NCBI GenBank assembly: GCA_032718475.1
Contig: JAUCBJ010001930.1
Location: forward strand, 64,062 to 128,061
DNA: 64,000 nt
Direction: 5' to 3'
Source of the DNA: Nemertoderma westbladi
Taxonomy: Eukaryota; Animalia; Xenacoelomorpha
Below are positions 10,598-22,870 of this stretch, piece after piece. The notes under the pieces were generated by a model. That model saw nothing but the letters and a program-made list of their open reading frames with translations, ran no database searches and was not told where the DNA came from. Positions within the stretch are counted from its first letter, which is position 1. Each line of letters opens with the position of its first letter. The translations under genes and the position numbers were made by a program.

Positions 10598-12507
10598 AGA
10601 TGGGAATGTCGGAAGATGGGAATGTGGGAGATGGATGGGAATGTAGGAAGATGGGAATGTGGGAAGGTGGACGGGAATGTGGGAAGATCGGAATGCGGGA
10701 AGGTCGATGGGAATGTGGGAAGATAGAAATGTGGGAAGGTGGGTGGGAATGTAGAAAGATGGTTATGTGGGAAGTTGTGTGGGAATGTAGGAAGATGGGA
10801 ATGTGGGAAGGTGAATGGGAATTTGGGAAGGTGGATGAGAATGTGGAAAGGTGAGAATGTGGGAAGTTGGGTGGGAATGTATGAAGATGTTTATGTGGGA
10901 AGTTGGGTGGGAATGTAGGAAGATGGGAATGTTGGAAGTGGATGGGAATGTGGGAAGGTGGGTGGGAATGTAGGAATATGGGAATGTGGGAGATGGATGG
11001 GAATGTGGGTAGGTGAGTGGGAATGTAGGAAGATGGGAATATGGGAAGGTGGATGGGAATGTGGGAAGATGGGAATGTGTGAAGGTGGGTGGGAATGTAG
11101 GAAGATGGGAATGTGGAAAGGTGGATGGGAATGTGGGAATATGGGAAGGTGGGTGGTAATGTGGGTCGGAATGTAGGAAGATGGGAATGTGGGAAGGTGA
11201 ATGGGAATGTGGGAAGGTGGATGAGAATGTGGAAAGGTGAGAATGTGGGAAGTTGGGTGGGAATGTATGAAGATGTTTATGTGGGAAGTTGGGTGGGAAT
11301 GTAGGAAGATGGGAATGTTGGAAGTGGATGGGAATGTGGGAAGGTGGGTGGGAATGTAGGAATATGGGAATGTGGGAGATGGATGGGAATGTGGGTAGGT
11401 GAGTGGGAATGTAGGAAGATGGGAATATGGGAAGGTGGATGGAAATGTGGGAAGATGGGAATGCGGGAAGGTGGATGGGAATGTGGGAACGTGGGAAGAT
11501 GGTTGGAAATGTAGGAAGATGGGAATGTAGGGAGATCGGAATGTGGGAAGATGGGAATGACGTTATTTTTACCTACTAATAGAGGAAAGGAACAGGTTAC
11601 AGAGGCAGGCTTTTCTAACCAAAACAATAAATGTTGTTTTTACCTACCAATTTTACCTACGTTCCCACATTTCCATCTTCTTACATTCCCATCTTCCTAC
11701 ATTCCCAAACACCTTCCCACATTCCCATCTTCATAAAATCTCGTATTCCTCATTCGCACCCAACTTCCCACATTTCCACCTTTCCACATTCCCATCTTCC
11801 CACAATCCCATCTTCCCACATTCCCTTCTTCCCACATTCCCGTATTCCTCATTCCCACCCACCTTCCCATATTCCCACCCACCTTCCCACATTCCCATCT
11901 TCCTACATTCCCATCTACCTTCCCACATTCCCATCTTCCCATATTCCTATATTCCCACATTCCCATCTTACTACATTCCCGTCTTCCTACATTCCCACCT
12001 TCCCATATTCCCACCCACCTTTCCACATTCCCATCCTCCTTCCCACATTCCCATCTTCCCACATTCACATTCCCGTATTCCTCATTCCCCCCCAACTTCC
12101 CACAATCCCACATTCCCATCTTCCCACATTCCCGTATTCCTCATTCCCACCCAACTTCCCACATTCCCATTCACCTTCCCACATTCACACATTCCCATCT
12201 TCCTACATTCCCATTTTCCGACATTCCCACCTTCACACATTCCCATCCACCTTCCCATATTCCCATTCACCTAAACACATTCCCATCTTCCTACATTCCC
12301 ATCCACCTTCCCACATTCCCATCTTCCCACATTCCCGTATTCCTCATTCCCACCAAACTTCCCACATTCCCATCTTCCCACAATCCCATCTTCCCACATT
12401 CCCATCTTCCCACATTCCCGTAGTCCTCATTCCTACCCACCTTCCCACATTCCCACCCACACACCTTCCCACATTCCCATCCACCTTCCCATATTCCCAT
12501 CCACCCA
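10598..12507. repeat. Foldback minisatellite: (GGGAATGTGGGAAGAT)n-like arm followed by its reverse-complement arm
   Basis: G-rich arm at 10598-11558, ~100-bp spacer, C-rich arm at ~11660-12507. Confidence 0.9.
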
Positions 12508-12741
12508 CAATACAAAAGTTGCCTAATGATGATAGTGAATGGGCCAAATTCCTTTTCGATGTGTTTTTTTTTTCGCTGGGAATGGGAATCCTGGGAAACT
12601 TCACATGGGCGAGATACATAATGTCCCTGTATATTTCTGTGCTGAGATCTCTGGTGCCTGTTAGATTACTAAAATAGATCCTACATTTAATAATCCTCGT
12701 AATATTTTTCTATAATATGTATTAATGGTATTCAATGGAAT

Positions 12742-13140
12742 TTAAATCAGTTTGGCCGAGGTTACCAATCATGAACTTTACTTTGTGTAAGATTGATGGT
12801 AGTGCTGTTGCTTTCCATGCCACTGCTACTATATCCACGTTATACCATCGAGTGGTCCAGCCGCTTTTTAGAAATGCTTGAGATGTTGCTGCTAATATTT
12901 GTATAATTATTGAGTGGGTTTTCTTATGTCCATTTGTCCGATTGAAAGGAACGTTATTGATGGAGATGAAGGTATCAGTTGAACATTAATATTTAGGAAC
13001 ATAGGTTCTTACGATTTAGTAAACATTCCCTCAATTGGTAACAATATCGTTTATTGTTATAGTTAGAAAAGTCCCCCACTGCAACCTGTTCCTTTCCCTC
13101 CTTAGGTAATAAAATCGTTTATTGTTTTGGTTAGAAAACC
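12742..13140 (+). repeat. Direct repeat, copy 2 (copy 1 at 10141-10580)
   Basis: Near-identical to 10141-10530. Confidence 0.9.
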
Positions 13141-13843
13141 CGCCTTCCTTTTATACATCCTCCCCCCGGTCAACATATGCGGGGGTGGGGGGACATTTTC
13201 GCCTGTCACAAAAGAATTGTAGACCCTGGTTTGGCTTATGGGTTGGGCGCGGATCTCCCGTAATAAATAAAATCCAACAACGGAATTGTCAAAAACGTAA
13301 TTCTCATCCGCGGGTCGACGACATGGTAATTTATTCGTCATAAATTCACCGAAAATACTTCCAATAGATGGATATTACGTTGTTAAAACCATGATCATTG
13401 GGGACCATCGTAACTAAAATACATAGATAATTGGCGCCAACTAATCTAGCGAGGTATTGTTAAACAACATCTGTTACGATTTTCTACAGTGACGAGGCCG
13501 CAAACCTTTCATTGTAAAGTTCCAGTATTCCCCGAATCAAACTCACAGAGTTACCCATCGATGTTGGACGGGATAGAGGCCCATGTTGTTAGTAGCTACC
13601 GGTGCTTCTGTTACATCTATTGTATTTGGATCTAATTTAGGTACCCAATTATATTCCTACGTTCACTTCTAAAGGCGCTCCACTCCCCTAAGCACTGTAG
13701 CTGCTGCATTCGGTATTACAGTCAGCCAAACCCAGAAGGTATTTAAGGCCTCAACTGCTGAGGTTTGTGTCATTAAATTGAATTATATTGGTAATATTTA
13801 GACTGTCACATTTATACTTCAGTTATTCCGAATTGTATTAAAT

Positions 13844-15931
13844 ATGTCTTCGAATACTTTGAGTGACCCTGCTTGGGATTTACTGGATCGTATCATGGCA
13901 GATGAAAGTGATTCTCAGTCCGGTGATGAGGAACAAGAGAAATGCGTCGCTCCACCAACTGTTAATAACGATATCAGCAACACAAACAGCGGTATTAACG
14001 TTATCAGATTTAAATCAGAATCGGAATCTATTTGCGGTACTTCTGAAGATAAATCTCGAAAGATCAAACAAGAGTTCTGTACAGATGAACAATATTCTAA
14101 TAATCAAATCGACAACACAAACAGCGGTTTAAACGTTATCAGTTTTAAATCAGAAGCGGGAGCTATTTGCGGTACTTCCGAAGATACATCTCGAGTTGTA
14201 AGACAAGATTTCTGTATTGGGAAACCATCTCCTTGTGAAGTTATTGATAAGTCCGTTGTCAAATGTAAGCGAATTAATCGCAAAGTAAATTTAAAGAATC
14301 GTAAACAATCACTGCATAAAGGTATCAAGTGTGAATGCGGTTATTGTCACAAACAATTTAGTGACAAAGGACATCTGAAGAGACACATGGAATCAGTACA
14401 TAAAGGTATCACGTATAATTGCGGTTCTTGTGAAAAACAATTTATTGACAAACGGAATCTAAAGAAACACATGGAATCAGTACATAAAGGTATCAAGTAT
14501 AATTGTGGTACTTGTGACAAACAATTTATTGACAAACGGAGTCTAAAGAGACACGTGGAATCAGTACATAAAGGTATCAAGTATAATTGTGGTTCTTGTG
14601 ACAAACAATTTAGTGACAAACAGAGTCTGAAGAAACACATGGAATCAGTACATAAAGGTATCAAGTATAATTGCAGTTCCTGTGACAAACAATTTAGTGA
14701 CAAAGGATATCTAAAGAAACACATGGAATCAGTACATAAAGGTATCAAGTATAATTGCAGTTCCTGTGACAAACAATTTAGTGACAAAGGATATCTAAAG
14801 AAACACATGGAATCAGTACATAAAGGCATCAAGTATAATTGCAGTTCCTGTGACAAACAATTTAGTGACAAAGGACATCTAAAGAAACACATGGAATCAG
14901 TACATAAAGGTATCAAGTATAATTGCGGTACTTGTGACAAACAATTTAGTGGCAAAGGATATCTAAAGAAACACATGGAATCAGTACATAAAGGTATCAA
15001 GTATAATTGCGGTTCTTGTGACAAACAATTTAGTGACAAACAGAGTCTGAAGAAACACATGGAATCAGTACATAAAGGCATCAAGTATAATTGTGGTTCT
15101 TGTGACAAACAATTCATTTACCAAGGATATCTGAGGAAACACATGGAATCAGTACATAAAGGTATCAAGTCTAAATGCGTTTATTGTGACAAACAATTCA
15201 CTTACAATGGAAATCTAAAGATACACATAGAATCAGTACACATAGGCATCAAGTATAAATGCGTTTATTGTGACAAACAATTCTGTCACAAAGGAACTCT
15301 GAAGACACACACGGAATCAGTTCATAGAGGTATCAAGTGTAAATGCGGTTCTTGTGACAAACAATTTAGTGACAAACAGACTCTGAAGAAACACATGGAA
15401 TCAGTACATAAAGGCATCAAGTATTATTGTGGTTCTTGTGACAATCAATTTACTCAAAAAGGTCATCTAAGGACCCACATAGAATCAGTACACAAAGGCA
15501 TCAAGTTTAAATGCATTTATTGTGACAAACAATTACGTCGCAAAGGAACTCTGAAGACACACATAGAATCAGTTCATAGAGGTATCAAGTATAATTGCGG
15601 TTCCTGTAACAAACAATTTGGTCGAAAAGGAAATCTAAAGGGACACATGGAATCAGTACATAAAGGTATCAAGTATAATTGCGGCTATTGTGACAAACAA
15701 TTTACTCAAAAAGGATATCTAAGGACCCACATGGAATCAGTACATAAAGGTATCAAGTATAATTGCGGTTCTTGTGACAAACAATTTAGTGACAAAGGAT
15801 ATCTGAAGAAACACATGGAATCAGTACATAAAGGTATCAAGTATAATTGCGGTTCTTGTGACAAACAATTTAGTGACAAAGGATATCTGAAGAAACACAT
15901 GGAATCAGTACATAAAAGGCATCAAGTATAA
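13844..15931 (+). CDS. Tandem C2H2 zinc-finger protein (19 fingers, CX2CX12HX4H, 28-aa units)
   Basis: 695-aa single ORF with an 84-bp repeat encoding CGSCDKQFSDKGYLKKHMESVHKGIKYN. An extra A near 15916 ends the frame, and one more finger continues out of frame to ~16000. A splice-acceptor-like ACTTCAG lies just upstream. Confidence 0.92.
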   Translation: MSSNTLSDPAWDLLDRIMADESDSQSGDEEQEKCVAPPTVNNDISNTNSGINVIRFKSESESICGTSEDKSRKIKQEFCTDEQYSNNQIDNTNSGLNVISFKSEAGAICGTSEDTSRVVRQDFCIGKPSPCEVIDKSVVKCKRINRKVNLKNRKQSLHKGIKCECGYCHKQFSDKGHLKRHMESVHKGITYNCGSCEKQFIDKRNLKKHMESVHKGIKYNCGTCDKQFIDKRSLKRHVESVHKGIKYNCGSCDKQFSDKQSLKKHMESVHKGIKYNCSSCDKQFSDKGYLKKHMESVHKGIKYNCSSCDKQFSDKGYLKKHMESVHKGIKYNCSSCDKQFSDKGHLKKHMESVHKGIKYNCGTCDKQFSGKGYLKKHMESVHKGIKYNCGSCDKQFSDKQSLKKHMESVHKGIKYNCGSCDKQFIYQGYLRKHMESVHKGIKSKCVYCDKQFTYNGNLKIHIESVHIGIKYKCVYCDKQFCHKGTLKTHTESVHRGIKCKCGSCDKQFSDKQTLKKHMESVHKGIKYYCGSCDNQFTQKGHLRTHIESVHKGIKFKCIYCDKQLRRKGTLKTHIESVHRGIKYNCGSCNKQFGRKGNLKGHMESVHKGIKYNCGYCDKQFTQKGYLRTHMESVHKGIKYNCGSCDKQFSDKGYLKKHMESVHKGIKYNCGSCDKQFSDKGYLKKHMESVHKRHQV

Positions 15932-17053
15932 TTGCGGTTCTTGTGACAAACAATTTAGTGACAAAGGATATCTGAAGAAACACATGGAATCAGAACATAA
16001 AGGGATCAAGTGTAATTACGGTTCTTGTGACAAACAATTTTGAAGACACACATACACTCAGTTCACAAAGATTACAATTAAGGCTCCTGGTTGTGGAATC
16101 TTTACATTACCGTCTTCAATTCCGTTTTATCAACAGAAATAAACTGCGGTACCGCGTCATTCGGTCTGTTCATCCCTTTACTTACAAACTATATATGCGT
16201 GCACTTTGTTATCTTAAACTGACAGTATATTATATGATTATTTTCACCATGGGTCGTTAAATAGTTATTAACCATTCAGACCACAGGCAGATATTTTGCG
16301 AAGTCAATTTTCTCGGAATAACATTTTTCATTTTCAAATTAATAATCATCCGCTATTTTGCCACCAAATATTTCTAATTTGGCTCATTGGAAGTGGTTTC
16401 GACAGTTCATTAAACGTTATCTTGTAAAATTTTGATAAATATTTACATTTTTGTGCAATTTACTTATTTTAAATAAAAAGTTAATAAATTAATTAAAATT
16501 AAAATGGCAATAACTTTTGTGGATTCGATGGCACAGAATACAAAAAAAGTTTCCGTGAAATTCGGATTAAGATTGAGGGAGTAGTAATGTTTATAGTGAA
16601 ATCATTATTCAGCCGTCTGCCCCTAACGGGAGGCGATTAATTTTAAAATCTTTGTATTAAGACTATTTGGCTTTCCATATGCAGTAGTGAATGACTATGA
16701 TAAAATCGTTATATTAACCTCTAACCCAAATAATTGACAGTCATAAAAAAGTTCACGGGAGTAATACAAAACAATGATAATTTTGAAATGTGCCCCCTCG
16801 GGCACGAAAAAATAAGTAGTGCAAATAAAACCTGTTTTTATGACCTTATGGGTTGTTTAGAATGCTGATTCAGAGGGAGAGGTAGGGGGTGTGGGATATT
16901 TTGGGTGAATGTACACGTACAGCTGCTGTAATGCTGAAAATTATAGAGACATAAATTCAGACTGTACACCTGTACTGCTGGGTGTGTGTGTACGTGTGTA
17001 GGTGGGGGGGGGGGGGGGGGTCATTTAATGTCTATTTGAATTATTGTGTATGT

Positions 17054-18621
17054 GGCTCAAACTCACAAAAAGTGGCCAAAAAAATTCATTTTTTTGTAAA
17101 AAAAAAAAAAAGGTTTCCCACTCGCTTCTCCTCTCGCACGCCGAACTACTTCTCTCGCTTCTTCGACTGCTCTCCTTGCACCTCTATCTTATACCGCTAT
17201 CCCCTGCCTCGGCACCTCCACCGATATCTCTCACTTCTCCCTTATTTACATCATCAGCATCCAGTATTCCATCTGATTCATCGTCTTCAATAGTTTCAAT
17301 GACACCTTCCGCCTGAGACACATGGACTGCCACGCCATGCTCGATGCAGAATAGTGGACTTACTTTCTTACAAGAAATATTTATCATATCGATATGATAT
17401 CGCCACCCTGGTTATATAGAATCTCGTGGGTCTTTCCAATTCCCTGGAGGGGGCCTATGTTACTTGGTATGGTATCCTTTACCAGTTCCACATTATTAGC
17501 CGAGTATGAAAATATCTTGGTTTTAATACGAGATTTCATCATGGCAATTATGTCATTGAAGCTAGGGGTATCGCCATCAATGTGCATGCCAATAATGTTT
17601 GACAATGTCCTCTTAATCGTTCCACCAACTCCATCCGCTGGGCCCTTCCCGTGACCAGCCTCCCAATATATCCAACGGATTTTCTTATTATTAGCCTTAG
17701 CAACTTCATTAAATAGAAATACAATTAATAGTCCTATTGCGGTTCCACTGAAGGGTTACAGGTGAGACATGTCCCACTCTGTAGCCCGAATTTATTCGAT
17801 TTACATGTTACATGTGGGACAGGCTTTTGTCACAGGTGGGACAAAGCTCATGCTGATAAATGTAAAAGCAATCTATTCATTCAATCTATTCTATTCATTC
17901 CACAGTCAATTTGTTGCCACAAACGATTACTCACGCAAAAGACCAATATCTGGGCTATCTTCTGATATTTTAATCTTCATATCAAGTTTGTTAGAACTGA
18001 TTCTAGAGCATGGTAAAGCAATGCACTTGGCGTTACACATGGGACAATCCTAATTGACATATCGACTCGCACGTATAAAACCAGTCATAATATCTCCGGT
18101 TATGTTTTGTATTTTTTCGTAAAATCTTGAATTTTCAACTTGCCGAAAATTTTCCTTTCAAATAAGAATTTAGTTTATAGAATCCCAATAAAAATCTTTT
18201 GGTGAATTCAGGTGTTACCGTTTGGGACAAGTAATTGTCAAAAATAGGAGTATATTATCTATTGTTGTATTTAAATATGATATCAATAAAATAATTTGGA
18301 AGTTATTCCATTGCATTCCTCTATTATTTAGCTTTAAATTGAGATATAACTTGTTGAAATTCACCCAGTAGATATCAAAATACATCCCCCAGAATACAAT
18401 CAACTTTTTTTGACAATTGAAAAACCTGCATTTTTTAGTACTAAAAGGTCTGTAAAATCTTTCAAAGTCGGAGTGGCAGTATGGTATTTTGTGCATCTGT
18501 TGGACCATAAAATTATCAACAAAAATATATATAACTTTACTAGGTTCCAAAAAAATATCATTCTAAAATTAAGTCGAATCGTGTGGGAAACGTTTTTGGT
18601 CACTTTGTGTGAGTTTGGGCC
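17054..18621 (-). mobile_element. Sola (Sola2-like) DNA transposon, internally deleted
   Basis: TIRs GGCTCAAACTCACAAAAAGTGGCCAAAA / TTTTGGTCACTTTGTGTGAGTTTGGGCC and a 4-bp TSD ATGT (17050-17053, 18622-18625). A minus-strand remnant reads RWIYWEAGHGKGPADGVGGTIKR (~17610-17680). Confidence 0.8.
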
Positions 18622-18761
18622 ATGTGTTAACTATTATATATGAAAGCCGACCAGCCGACACAGGTGACTTCTGGAGGATCGCTAGAAGTCGGCTAGTTTA
18701 CAAAGGGAGTATTTAGGTTTACGCCAAACTCCAACCACTCTTGGGCCGTGTATAAAGGCGG

Positions 18762-19204
18762 CTATTCGACCCAGCGAACTGAGAGAAAGGCGCAAGTGGT
18801 CGGCTGGTCGGCATACATATATCATCATAGGTCTACAATAGATTATATGGAGGGTCGCTAAAAGTCGCAAAACTTTATATGTAGACTATAGATGGAGCCG
18901 ACTTTGCCGACCAAATCGACTCTTCCGGCCACCTCTTGGGCCGTGTATAGAGGCGACTATTCGACACTGTAAACTAAGAGCAAGTCGCAAGTGGTCGGCG
19001 GCGGGGCTGCTAACAAGTATCACATACAGGGGTGGTCGGAAGAATCGAATTGGTCGGCAAGGTCGGCTCCACCTATAGACTACATATAAAGTTTTGCGAC
19101 TTTTAGCGACCGTCCATATAGTCTATTGTAGACCTATGATGATATATGTAAGCCGAACAGCCGACCACTTGCGACTTACTCTCGGTTCACTGGGTCGAAT
19201 AGTC
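18762..19204. repeat. Long imperfect inverted repeat (~170-bp arms), foldback-like non-autonomous element
   Basis: 18762-18933 is reverse-complementary to 19031-19204, e.g. GGTCGCTAAAAGTCGCAAAACTTTATATGTAG / CTACATATAAAGTTTTGCGACTTTTAGCGACC. Confidence 0.8.
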
Positions 19205-19410
19205 CCACCCAGTCGCCTTTATACCTGTATAACATGTATAATAATATAATTATCATATAAAAATTATTACTTATAGTAAATTTAGTACTTTATTAAGAAA
19301 TTATTATGTATCTGTACAATAACCATTACACCAATCACATTGCATAAAACGTGATGTGTTATAGTTAATTAGGCCATAAGTAGGCGACTATTAGTCGAAG
19401 GGGATTTGCG

Positions 19411-19442
<32 letters not shown>

Positions 19443-20126
19443 TGTCTCTGATCACCAGAAAGGGTGTGAGTGTTTGTGAGTTGATTAGCCGTTTGTCACG
19501 CAGACACCAGCACCGATCAGCAACAGCGAAAGGTTGGTTCTGGTTCGCACATCTTCATGCAACTTTCGAACGCCCGTTAATCAGTTATTTTTCAACGAAA
19601 TAAGGATGAAGGATAACTACGGACTAATTGTTGAAAAGACACCTTTTTCAAACGTTTTTAGTTAAATAATGAAAGCGAAAATACAAATTCCGACTCACCC
19701 ACCCAGGAGGGGAGGGGGGGGGGGGAGATGAAACTGTATCTGTTTCAAATTTCATGCAATCGCATTAAGATTTGTAGAAAAAACATTTTTTTGGGGGCGG
19801 GGGGGGAGGGGGGGGGGGGGGGGGGGCATGTACCTGAATAAAACACTGCATTCCAGGCGGCCTGGACATGGTGTTGTACTGTAGTACCGGGTGTTAACTA
19901 TAGTAAGATTAGGTTATATTACAGTAGGTATTTGTACGGGTGCTTTTTTTTGCCAACTGGTGCGTAATATGGTGTGCAACTTGAGCAATCTAGTGGGTAA
20001 AACTTGTGCGATCTGGTAAGTGTAATTGGTGCGATCAGATAGGTTGTTAATTTTGTAGAATAGGAATAAAAAATAGCAGAAATCGAAAAATTGTGACGAC
20101 ATATTTACCCGCGATATTTTTCACCT

Positions 20127-21740
20127 CGGGGCAATTCCACGGTAACGGACGTAACTATCACAGAGTTTAAAAGCCTCCACTACGAACAGCACTGAGTATT
20201 TTTTATAAATATTCTGTGTGGTATTGCTGGACCACTGGTATTATAATGTAAATACCCCAGATTATTATTAAGAATAGATGCCGAACATATTAATCGAACA
20301 ATTTAGGAATACTGCCCAATGGTTTTCATACAGTTTGCTCACTGGTTTTCATACAGTTTGCAATTGATTTTCGTAACGGACGTAACCATCTCTCCTGTAA
20401 CGGACGTAACTGTGCAATTTACATGGTGTTGCTTTCCATTGCGTGTAAATTGATGTTTTCAACTAAACAAGTTTGTAAATCCATCACTTAAGTCACACTG
20501 AATATTTTTTAATATAGTATTTTGGAAAAAAAGAGGTAGCAGGTGCAGAAGAGCAAAATTTTGGCATACTGCAATAAAGGCAGCCTTACTATCAGTAACA
20601 CAATATAAGTAGCCAATCCTTCAGGTTAGGCTGTTAATAGCCAAAAACAAACCAGCAACCAACATAATTTGATAAATTACAGGGCTGTAGAGTTATTTGC
20701 AGAATGTAGGAGATGGTCACTGCTCTATTGCTAACATTTACGTCCGTTACGAGAAAATACACAGCAAAGACTTACTGCAATGATGTTAGTTTTTTATCTC
20801 AAGTTACAAGGCAATAAATATAGACAATAAGTCTGCTTTGCACTGAAAGCAATGAGTCGAATACATCACCCCTTACTCTAATATTTTAAAAAATTTCCCT
20901 TTTTCCGTAACGGACGTAATTTTTGACTTGGTCTATTACAGCCACATAGTAGAACATGATACCCTATATTAGAAGTCACCAAAGTTCCTTCTTCACTGTA
21001 TCTCCATTAGTTTTTCTGTCAGTAATTTGGAATTATATTTATTCCTTCTCCACATAGATGGTTACTGCTATATAACCAACCACTGGTACCTATATTATGA
21101 AATACTTCAAATTTTAACACGGTTTTTGTTTAATGATAAGCCTAATATATTAAATTTATTGCTATTGGTAACATTTATATGGTGGAAAGCAGGTCCAACG
21201 GGAGTACAAAAATGAGAGGATACAATGTTAGGGCCTAAGGGTTTAAATCACAGAAAACTTAAACGAAAATCAACCTGTCTCGGGAAACTAATATTATTGC
21301 AATACTTACAATTTTTGTCCCAAATTCTTGCCATTAATTATTGTTATTTATGTTCTGATTCACTTAATTTATATTCAACAGTCCTCAATAATGCCTAAAA
21401 ACACCACAGGACCGGTAATTGTCATTGTATGAATTTCCTCGCTTAAACATAATTCAACACAAATTACGTCCGTTACGATAAATACACAACAAAGGCATTG
21501 ATGTTAGTTTTTTTGTCTAAAGTTACTAGATAATAAGTCTGCTTTGAGCTTTGCACAGAAAGTGATGAGTTTAATACATCAGCCCTTCTTCCTGTATTTT
21601 AAATTTTTTTACATTTTTCAGTAACGGACGTAAATTTTGACTTGGTCTATTACAACCGCATAGTAGAACATTATACCCTATATATGAAATCTCCAAATCT
21701 CTGACACTGTAACTCCATTAGTTTTTCTGTCAGTAATTGG
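20127..21740. mobile_element. Unclassified non-autonomous DNA-transposon-like sequence with dispersed GTAACGGACGTAA motifs and an internal duplication
   Basis: The motif occurs at ~20144, 20373, 20397, 20906 and 21621, and inverted at ~20738 and 21464. 20735-21030 is similar to 21460-21740. Confidence 0.5.
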
Positions 21741-22002
21741 TTATTTTATTTTTTCCTTGTCCCCATGAGGTGTAGATAACTGCAAAAATATTTGAATGAA
21801 TTTTCCATATGATTTATTGAATATATTTACTTCATATTCAGTCCTAATTTTTTTTGAAGTTACATATATATCATAAATAACATAAATATCTCAATTCAGT
21901 CGAATAGGAATATTCAATGCCAATGGAACTGGAAGACACGTTTTACGGCTTCAACTTGGATTAGAATATCGGAGGTGGTGTTTTAGCTCAGGTAGCAGTG
22001 GA

Positions 22003-22870
22003 CTGTGGGGAGGATATGTGGCTGTGCGGAGGATATCTGGCTGTGTGGGGAGGATATGTGGCTGTGGGGAAGAAATGTTGCTGTGTGTGGAGGATATGTG
22101 GCTGTGTGGGGGGATATGTGGCTGTGTCGAAGATATGTGGCTGTGGGGAGGACATGTGACTGTGGTGAAGATATGTGGCTGTGTGGGGAGGATATGTGGC
22201 TGTGTGTGGAGGATATGTGGCTGTGTGGGGAAGATATGTGGCTGTGTGGGGAGGATATGTGACTGTGGGGAAGATATGTAGCTGTATGGGGAGGATATGT
22301 GGTTGTGTAGGGAAGATATGTGGCTGTGTGGGGAGGATATGTGACTGTGGGGAAGATATGTGGCTGTGTGGGGAGGATATGTGGCTGTGTCGAAGATATG
22401 TGGCTGTGGGGAGGACATGTGACTGTGGTGAAGATATGTGGCTGCGGAGAGGATATGTGGCTGTGTGGGGAGGATATGTGGCTGTGTGGGGAAGATATGT
22501 GGCTGTGTGGGGAGGATATGTGACTGTGGGGAAGATATGTAGCTGTATGGGGAGGATATGTGGTTGTGTAGGGAAGATATGTGGCTGTGTGGGGAGGATA
22601 TGTGACTGTGGGGAAGATATGTGGCTGTGTGGGGAGGATATGTGGCTGTGTGGAGAGGATATGTGGCTGTGGGGAAGATATGTGGCTGTGTGGGGAGGAT
22701 ATGTGGCTGTGGGGAAGATATGTGGCTGTGTGGGGAGGATATGTGGCTGTGTGGGGAAGATATCTGGCTGTGTGGGGAGGATATATGACTGTGGGGAAGA
22801 TATGTGGCTGTGTGGGGAGGATATGTGGCTGTGGGGAGGGTATGTGGCTGTGGGAAGGATATGTAGCTGT
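22003..22870. repeat. 19/21-bp minisatellite (GTGGCTGTGTGGGGAGGATAT)n
   Basis: Directly visible tandem array; it explains the overlapping low-complexity ORFs. Confidence 0.95.

Noticed and set aside
10582-12677. Many ORFs (e.g. the 348-aa PHS-rich one) over the foldback region
   Set aside because: They are translations of a minisatellite, open in several frames on both strands.
14347-15117. 256-aa antisense ORF to the zinc-finger array
   Set aside because: A shadow of the 84-bp coding repeat. The same applies to the antisense ORFs over ALDH4A1 and the BEL gag.
17760-18090. IBR/RING-like fragment (TKACPTCNM) inside the Sola element
   Set aside because: Multiple stops and too short to support a captured-gene call.
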